From the NCBI GenBank assembly GCA_964016885.1, contig OZ024753.1:46624001-46688000 (forward strand): 64,000 nt of DNA, written 5' to 3'. The stretch is from Eledone cirrhosa. Lineage: Eukaryota. The notes under the pieces are model-generated. The model searched no databases and was not told the DNA's origin. It saw only the letters and a program-made list of their open reading frames with translations. Of the stretch, positions 56,089 through 64,000 are shown in pieces. Numbering within the stretch: the first letter of the stretch is position 1; every line of letters starts with the position of its first letter. Position numbers and translations under genes: made by a program.

Positions 56089-56142
<54 letters not shown>

Positions 56143-56669
56143 GTGTGTGTATGTATAATATACATGGATGTTTGTAGCATTTATTATTATATATATGTGC
56201 ACCTGTTTCTTTATATGTATGTATTTATATTCACGCACAAAATAGCATATGCACACTTACAGACCCATATATGCATAACATGCATTTAATATTTATACAA
56301 GCACTTGGAAATTTTGTGTATATATATATATACACACACACACACATATTTCTACATGCACACACACACACACATATATGTACTACATATATACATATAT
56401 GCGCATATGTATATATGTATATGTGTATATATGTATATGTGTATATATGTGTGTATGTATATATGTGTATGTGTGTGTGGGTTTATATTTGATGTTGTAC
56501 CATCGCTTCTAAATATCTTTCATGTGACTCACTCAATATATCTCTGTTAATCTATATATCCATGTGCCATCTCTCTCCCTCTCTCCCTCTCTCTCTCTCA
56601 CACACACAAATGTCGGCTAGATGCATATATACATCATATGTATATATGCACATACATATACATACATGA

Positions 56670-56702
<33 letters not shown>

Positions 56703-57578
56703 CATTGTATATAAATGTTTTGGAATAAATATATTTTTGAAATAAAGATATTCAAAAAATATAATAATGAAGGAAACATTATTTTTACAATTTTTCTAAA
56801 TATTCTTTTTTCCTAAGTTTGTTTTCTTTTTTCTTCATAAAACTATTTTGATATTTTAAAAAATTTTAACTACTCAGGTTCTTAGTTTTTTTGTTTTTGT
56901 TTGTGTTTTTGTATTTTGTATTTTGTTAATTCTTCATTAAAAAGAATTCTGTAAAAAAAAATAAAATGAAGAAAAATTGCCATGTTTAAATGTTTGTAGA
57001 ATTATGAAGGCTGAGAGACAACATATGGAATTCTAGTAAAATATGCAATGGAATTCTTGAAAATATGGCAAGAGATGGAATCTGTCAAGTGCTATTGACA
57101 TGTATATACCATAAACACAGTTCGGGGTTATATGGATATGTATGTATAATATATATATATATACATTGGAGCCATGATAAATATATATAGTCATATATAA
57201 ATATATAAATCATCGTTTTTATGTCCATGTTTCTGTTCTTAAATGAATCGAATATTATTATTAATATTCGAAAAACTCAGATTATATATATATAGTAGTG
57301 GTGGTAAGAAAGTGTCAAGCATGCTGGACAGCAGAAGGTCTTCAGAGAAGAAACCCTATAGTCTGCCATGAAACAAATATTTATGTCATAGGATTCACTA
57401 TAGAAGTTCACGAATGTATAAGAATATAAAGAAGATATTGAAAATATAAATATTATGATATATAGACACTAACTTTAAGCATGTAGTATATGTGAAATAT
57501 AATGGATAGTTGTGGTATTGAGGTGATATCTATGCACACACAAATGCACATACATATATATATATATATATGAGTGTG

Positions 57579-57645
<67 letters not shown>

Positions 57646-57993
57646 ATGTGTGTGTATGTGTGTGTATCATCATTTTACGGAAATGTGAAATATAGTTGTA
57701 ATATATAAAGGCTGAAGAAACTAGAGAATACAGGAGTAAATATTGTCTCCAAATGTTTTATCTAATCCATGTCAACACGGTAATAATGACATTTGTGTAA
57801 ACCTTTATATCAGTGAGGAGCCAACTTACACCTTTTTTAACCAGAAAGGGAAACCTTAACCATTTAATAAGAGAGGATCAATTAAATAAGTACAAGACTG
57901 AAATAGATATTAGGGTAGGTAAGTTTTTTAAGGTGACACCTCAGCATGGCCACAGCCTGAAACTTTCATAATCTTTATGTCTGCTTGTTTATG

Positions 57994-58048
<55 letters not shown>

Positions 58049-58945
58049 TGTGTGTGTGTGTTGTGTGTGTGTGTGTAAATAAGGAACAGATTTTGTTTCA
58101 AATATGTAATTACTTGACTTTTCCATGCTGGCTCAGGTTGGAAGGGATTTATTTAGACAATGTTTTACAGCCAATTTCCCTTCCTCACACCAACCCTCTT
58201 TCGACACACTCATGTAATATACCTATTCTAAAACAGCTTTGTATGTGTAAATATATATGTACATATATATATATGTATGTATGTCTATATATATGTGTGT
58301 GTGTGTGTGTGAATTGATGGAAATAGTAACAAATGCAATCTGTTATTGAAGCCAGAGTTATTCCTAAATATATAAAACCCTGGAATATTAGTTACCTAAC
58401 AGAATGGTGTTATTCCAAAAAGTATAGAACAAAGAAGGAATATGAAGCTATCAAAATAGAATCAATTGATTTTGGTGAAAGTTGTTAGAATAAGTTAAGA
58501 AGAATGCCACTCTATTCTAAAGTAAGCATTCTTTGGAAATATCTTTGTCTGTCTCTAGATTTGATTGATGTCTCAATTTTTGGTAAATGATGGAATTTTT
58601 CACTGGAATTAATGGGTTAATTAAAGAGGCAAATAGCAGACAAAAAGAATGTGTGTGTGAGAGAGAGAGAGAGAGGATTCTGTGTGTGAGACAGAGAAGG
58701 ACTCTGTGTGTGAGAGAGAGAAGGACTCTGTGTGTGTGTGAGAGAGAGAAGAACTCTGTGTTATGAGACAGAGAGAGGGAGCATGGGTGTATGTGTATGC
58801 GCACATACTCACACATATTGTTTCATGTATATTAGTGGTTCTTTATTACATAAATGTGTGTGTGTGATTAACAAGAAAAAAGAAAATAACTGATCATTAT
58901 ATGAGAACAAGGAAACAATGTTCCCATTGCTGATACTAATTGTCT

Positions 58946-59215
58946 AGAGAGAGTGGGAGATATATAGAGAGAGAGTGAGGGAGAGGAGCTATATAGAGAG
59001 GGAGTGGGAAGTAGGTGAGAGTGGGATATATAGAGAGAGAGAGTGAGGGAGAGGAGCTATATAGAGAGGGAGTGGGAAGTAGGTGAGAGTGGGATATATA
59101 GTGAGAGAGAGTGAGGGAGAGGAGCTATATAGAGAGGGAGTGGGAAGTAGGTGAGAGTGGGATATATAGAGAGAGAGAGTGAGGGAGAGGAGCTATATAG
59201 AGAGTGAGTGGGAAG
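58946..59215. repeat. 68-bp purine-rich tandem repeat, about 4 copies
   Basis: gagtgagggagaggagc recurs at 58973, 59041, 59109 and 59177. Confidence 0.95.
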
Positions 59216-59349
59216 AAGGATAGCTGGATATTGGTATGGATGTTAAGAAAATGTAGATATATGTCGTCAGTCTATCAGACTAACAATTGTCAGTGGAAGC
59301 CATCAAGGCTGTCTGACACATCACATCAACTCCATCACATAACTTACGC

Positions 59350-60376
59350 CAACATCACTACCACCATCACCACCATTGTATCAATACCACCATCACATAA
59401 CTTACGCCAACGTCACCACTACCATTGTATCACCACCACCATCACACCACCACCACCGCCTTCACACCAACACCACCACCGTCACACCACCACTACCACC
59501 ATCACACCACCACCACCACCATCACACCACCACCACCACCGTCACACCAACACCACCACAGTCACACCACCACCACCACCATCACACCACCACCACCGCC
59601 TTCACACCACCACCACCACCGTCACACCACCACTACCACCATCACACCACCACCACCACCATCACACCACCACCACCACCGTCACACCACCACCACCACC
59701 GTCACACCAACACCACCACCGTCACACCACCACCACCTCCATCACACCAACACCACCACAGTCACACCACCACCTCCATCACACCACCACCACCTCCATC
59801 ACACCACAACCACCTCCATCACACCACCACCGTCACATCTATATATTCAGTTTCCATGGGACTGCTCCATGCATTAAAATTCTCTTGGTTCCAATCTCAC
59901 TTTAAACATTGTCATCCAGGTATGCAGTTAAAGGTGGTGGTGGTGGTGGCAGTGGTGGTATGGTGGCGGTGGCAGTGGTGGTATGGTGGTGGTGGTGGTG
60001 GTGGTGGTGGCAGTGGTGGTATGGTGGCGGTGGCAGTGGTGGTATGGTGGTGGTGGTGGTGGTGGTGGTGGAAGTGGTGGTATGGTGGCAGTGGTGGTAT
60101 GGTGGCGGTGGCAGTGGTGGTATGGTGGTGGTGGTGGTGGTGGTGGTGGCAGTGGTGGTATGGTGGCGGTGGCAGTGGTGGTATGGTGGTGGTGGTGGTG
60201 GTATGGTGGCAGTGGTGGTATGGTGGCGGTGGCAGTGGTGGTATGGTGGTGGTGGTGGTGGTGGTGGTGGTGGTGGCAGTGGTGGTGCGGTGGCAGTGGT
60301 GGTATGGTGGTAGTGGCAGTGGTAGTGGTGGTGGTGGGCATGGTGGTATGGTGGTGGTATGGTGGTGGTGGTGGTA
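59350..60376. repeat. (ACC)-rich array followed by a (GGT)-rich array
   Basis: 59350-59835 cacaccaccacc.tca units; 59932-60376 ggtggtatggtggc units. Confidence 0.92.
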
Positions 60377-61105
60377 GCTTTGAGGATGGAAGGTGGTAGG
60401 TGGGGCGGTATTGTATGGAATTGCTTTGGATTAGATTGGATTGGAATAAGGGCGAAAGGAGGAACAGGGGGAGGTAGAATGTCTGAGAGGGAGGGGGAGT
60501 TGGAGAGAAAGAGGAGGAAAAAAAGGAAATGGAGAGAGAGAGGGGGAGAGGGTTATGAAGAGACAGGTTTCCATGGTATTGGTGCTTTCTGTCAAGGATG
60601 AAATCTGAAGTCTGTGGGTGTGGGGGAAGGGGGAGGAGGAAGATGGAATGGTTGTGTAGGAGATGGTGGTGGTGGTGGTGACAGTGAAGGCAGTAGTGGA
60701 GGAAGAGAAAGAAGATGTATGAGTAGTAGTAGGAGGAAGGAGAGGTAGGATGAGTGAATGATGATGTAGGAGGAGGTGATGGCAGCAGCAGCAGGAGTAA
60801 TGATGGTGGTGGTGACAGTAATGGCAGCAGCAGCAGCAATAATGGCGGTGACGTTGGCAACAGCAGCAGCAGTGCAAAGATTGCCATTCTAGCATTTACA
60901 GCAGTTTATATTCACCTTATTATGACTCTACTTTCACTATCACTTCACACACACACACAAATACACGTGTGTCTCTCTCTCTCTCTCTGTCTGTATTCCT
61001 TTGTTGTATACTCATGTTTCTCTTTCACTCTATTTGTCACTCTTCTCTCTTTCTCTCTCTCTCTCTATATATATACACACACACACGCTTATTCCATTAC
61101 ATATG

Positions 61106-61142
<37 letters not shown>

Positions 61143-61151
61143 TTACATACG

Positions 61152-61499
61152 GGAGTCACATGGCTTAGTGGTTAGAGTATTGGCCTTGCAATCGAAAGGT
61201 TGTGAGTTCAATTCTCAGACCAGGTGATGTGTTGTTTCCTTGAGCAAGACACTTTATTTCACATTGCTCCAGTTTACTCAGCTGTAGAAATAAGATGATA
61301 GGGACTGGGGTCCATATCATTCCACTGCAAAGTGGTTGTGGAGGTGCCATGGTAAAAAAGCACCCAGCACTCACTGTAAATGAGGTTGGTGTTAGGAAGG
61401 GCATCCAGCTGTAGAAATCAAGCCAGAATCAGTTCCTGTCCCACCCTTGCAAGCAGGGAAAAGTGGACGTAAAATGATGATGATGATGATAATGATGAT
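61152..61499 (+). mobile_element. SINE family A, full length
   Basis: Near-identical to 13762-14102. Confidence 0.92.
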
Positions 61500-61819
61500 A
61501 TACGTACTTCTATATCAACAAACGTGTATATGTACCCAATTTCTCAGACTTTTACGAAACCCTCAGAAGATAAAGTTACTATAGAGAGTGGTATGCTCAT
61601 GGGCAGAGATGCTATAAAAGAAATATTTATTTGTATATATATATATATATACACAAGTGTGTATATATATACAAGTGTGTGTATATATATACACACACTT
61701 GGTGCCACAGTGGGGATTTTACCTATCTCTATACCCACTCTACATGGAATAACTCCCTGATTAATGGTCTCCCCAGTCTCAGCATCACAGAATCTCTCTC
61801 TATATATATATGTATATTT

Positions 61820-62175
61820 ACATCATCATCATTTTCATGTCCATTATTCGACACTTGCATGGGTTGGACAGGTCCTTTTCAGCACACCATCTCTCCACTC
61901 ATTGCGTTCCTTCGTCATCTCCTCTATGAGTCTCAGTCATTTGAAATCAGTTCTTACCACCTCTGCCCAGGTCTTCCTTGGTCTACCTCTACTGTTGCTT
62001 TCTTCTTCCGGGGTTTCCTGGCACTTCTTCACCCAGTGATCGTCATCCATGCACATCACATGCCTGTACCAATGCAGTCTTCCCTCTTGCACACCCCATC
62101 AGATTCCTCTTAAACCTAGTTTTTCCATCAGTTCATCCAAGCCCTGCCTTTCTCTCACATATACATTGCACAACC
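61820..62175 (-). mobile_element. RTE LINE 3' fragment
   Basis: Reverse complement reads MEKLGLRGI..VQEGRLHWYRHVMCMDDD...GRPRKTWAEVV, with a (GAT)n tail. Confidence 0.8.
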
Positions 62176-62809
62176 AATATATATATATATATATATATAT
62201 ACATACACAACATGCACACACGCACATATATATAAAGTAGAACTAGAGTTCATAAGGGAGCAGACCTAGAAAATGAAAACATCAACTTGCTCCACTCCCT
62301 TGTCTATAAATTGTATTGCATTATCAACCTTATTACCTAAGATGCTGCCTGATGTTGTGGTGTTGGTTGTTGCGTAGTTGAAGCATTACGTAACCATGAA
62401 TGCAATTGATGTATCACAGCTGATTATGAATAAAAGAATTATGAATATCTACATCTGACCTTTGCAATTATTATTATTCTATATGTATATATATAATCAT
62501 AATAATTGTTTCTACTTTTGGCACAAGGCCAGCAATAACCCAGTGCATTACTGGTACTTTATTAGGCAGTATGTTATAATTTTATCACATTCTATTTATT
62601 ACATAATCCTGTCATACATATTTCGATGGCATCTGTTATGTAATAATCAGAGACAACATTATTATATAATAATTAGTGATGTGCTTATTCATTTGATACA
62701 CCAGCCGGCGGGACGAGGTGTGCTTTTTTTTTTAATCAATCAGCTTGCACATGCAAGCATCGAAAAATGGACATAAAATCGATGATGATGATATATGAAT
62801 ATATTTATA

Positions 62810-63810
62810 TATCATCATCATCATCGTTTTTTATGTCTTTTTTTCCATGCATTGGACAGGTCCTTTCAGTACAACATCTCTCCACTTATTTGAGATCAAT
62901 TCTCACCACCTCTGCCCAGGTCTTCCAAGGTCTACCTCTACTACAGCTTCCTTCAACTGGGATTTCTTGCATTTCTTCACCCATGCATATCACATGACTG
63001 TACCAATGCAGTCTTCTCTCTTGCAAACCACTTTAGATTCCTCATAAACCCAATTTCTTCCGCTATTCATTGAAGTTCTGTCTTTCTCTCACATTGTTTA
63101 TTCTAAGTTTGCTCTTAGTCCCTCTTTTTTTTAAGCAACAGTGATGCTATGTGCACCAGTATCATTTCTAACACACTTTTCCCCATCAACATCCTGATTC
63201 CCACTGACACACTGCCTTGCAATGGTGGAACAACTTTACATCTCTGATCTTCACATCACAAGACATTGGCAAACTTTCTTTCTTCAGCCTCTTTCTGAGC
63301 TATGTATACCTGTTGTCTAGCTTCTATCCTAGCTACCCAGTATTACACTCTGCTACCTCCAATTTTTCCAGTCTTTCCTTGCCTGTCTCTTGAACTTAAT
63401 GGCTCTATCCACTGTACTGTTCCAACACCAGGTCACCCCCTGGCTGATGCTTTGTTCCAGTCACAAGTCTCATCAGTAGTTTGCAATAGGTTGTCACATA
63501 AGAATTTCCAATTCCTCTGTTATATGTATCTATCTTCTCTCCCCTCTCATCATAAGCATCTCATAAAACCTTTCTAATCCTATATTCAACAGAAAGGTCT
63601 TTTACCTACCATAGCCTCCATCTCCATATTTTCCTGCATATCATGTTCCATCTTGTGTTTATTCTGATGTCACTTATAACTAACATGTGTTAGGCAGAAC
63701 ATTCTCCTCTGGGGAAGGTCTTAGTATTTATTTCACTGTCTTACAAGTTAGAAAGCAATCTGGCTTGTGTGTTTACCTGATTTGTAGCAGTTTATCTTGG
63801 TGCCAGAACT
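62810..63810 (-). mobile_element. Internally deleted RTE LINE (endonuclease end, linker, 3' end)
   Basis: Minus-strand fragments YKSGKHTSQI, KTFP.EEC, NQDVDGEKCVRND, RLHWYSHVI, GRPWKTWAEVV. Confidence 0.7.
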
Positions 63811-64000
63811 AAAGAGGTTGTCATGTCTTTGACACAACTGAGGGGTCCTTCCAACCCTTTGTTTGGCAAGCTTTCTATGGTTAAAGGCCCTTCTTATCAT
63901 TCAGAATATATAAAGAATGTATATTTTAAAAAATGGGGAGCAGAATTAGAAAATTGAATTAGGTTTCCTCTTAACTTTGACTAAATAAAATAGTCTAATA

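Overview
AT-rich, microsatellite-dense eukaryotic DNA. The repeat content suggests an octopus or other coleoid cephalopod; this is an inference. The only confident host coding sequence is a 49-nt + strand exon at 20436-20484 (MNRPIQVKPADSESRA, phase 0 in, phase 1 out) of a CELF3-6/bruno-3/UNC-75 RNA-binding protein gene. I found neither flanking constitutive exon, so the window appears to be two very large introns. The downstream intron holds a good candidate alternative first exon (Inr-like TCAGTC, ACC-ATG-GTA-GCA-GGC-G|gtaagt, phase 1, ending 47101) and a weaker candidate alternative last exon (from 38444). The rest is decayed RTE, RTE-X and CR1 LINEs, Tc1 and mariner relics, a piggyBac-type MITE, two tRNA-derived SINE families (one shares its 3' half with the RTE LINE in this window) and minisatellites. 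The most unusual signal is a set of fold-back elements beside (TA)n tracts, including a perfect 128-bp palindrome and perfect 144-bp and 33-bp inverted repeats. They carry minimal type I hammerhead-ribozyme motifs with palindromic stem III, as known from Penelope-like elements, on the sense strand of the CELF pre-mRNA. Almost all ORFs in the six-frame track are microsatellite artefacts. Boundaries of decayed repeats are approximate.
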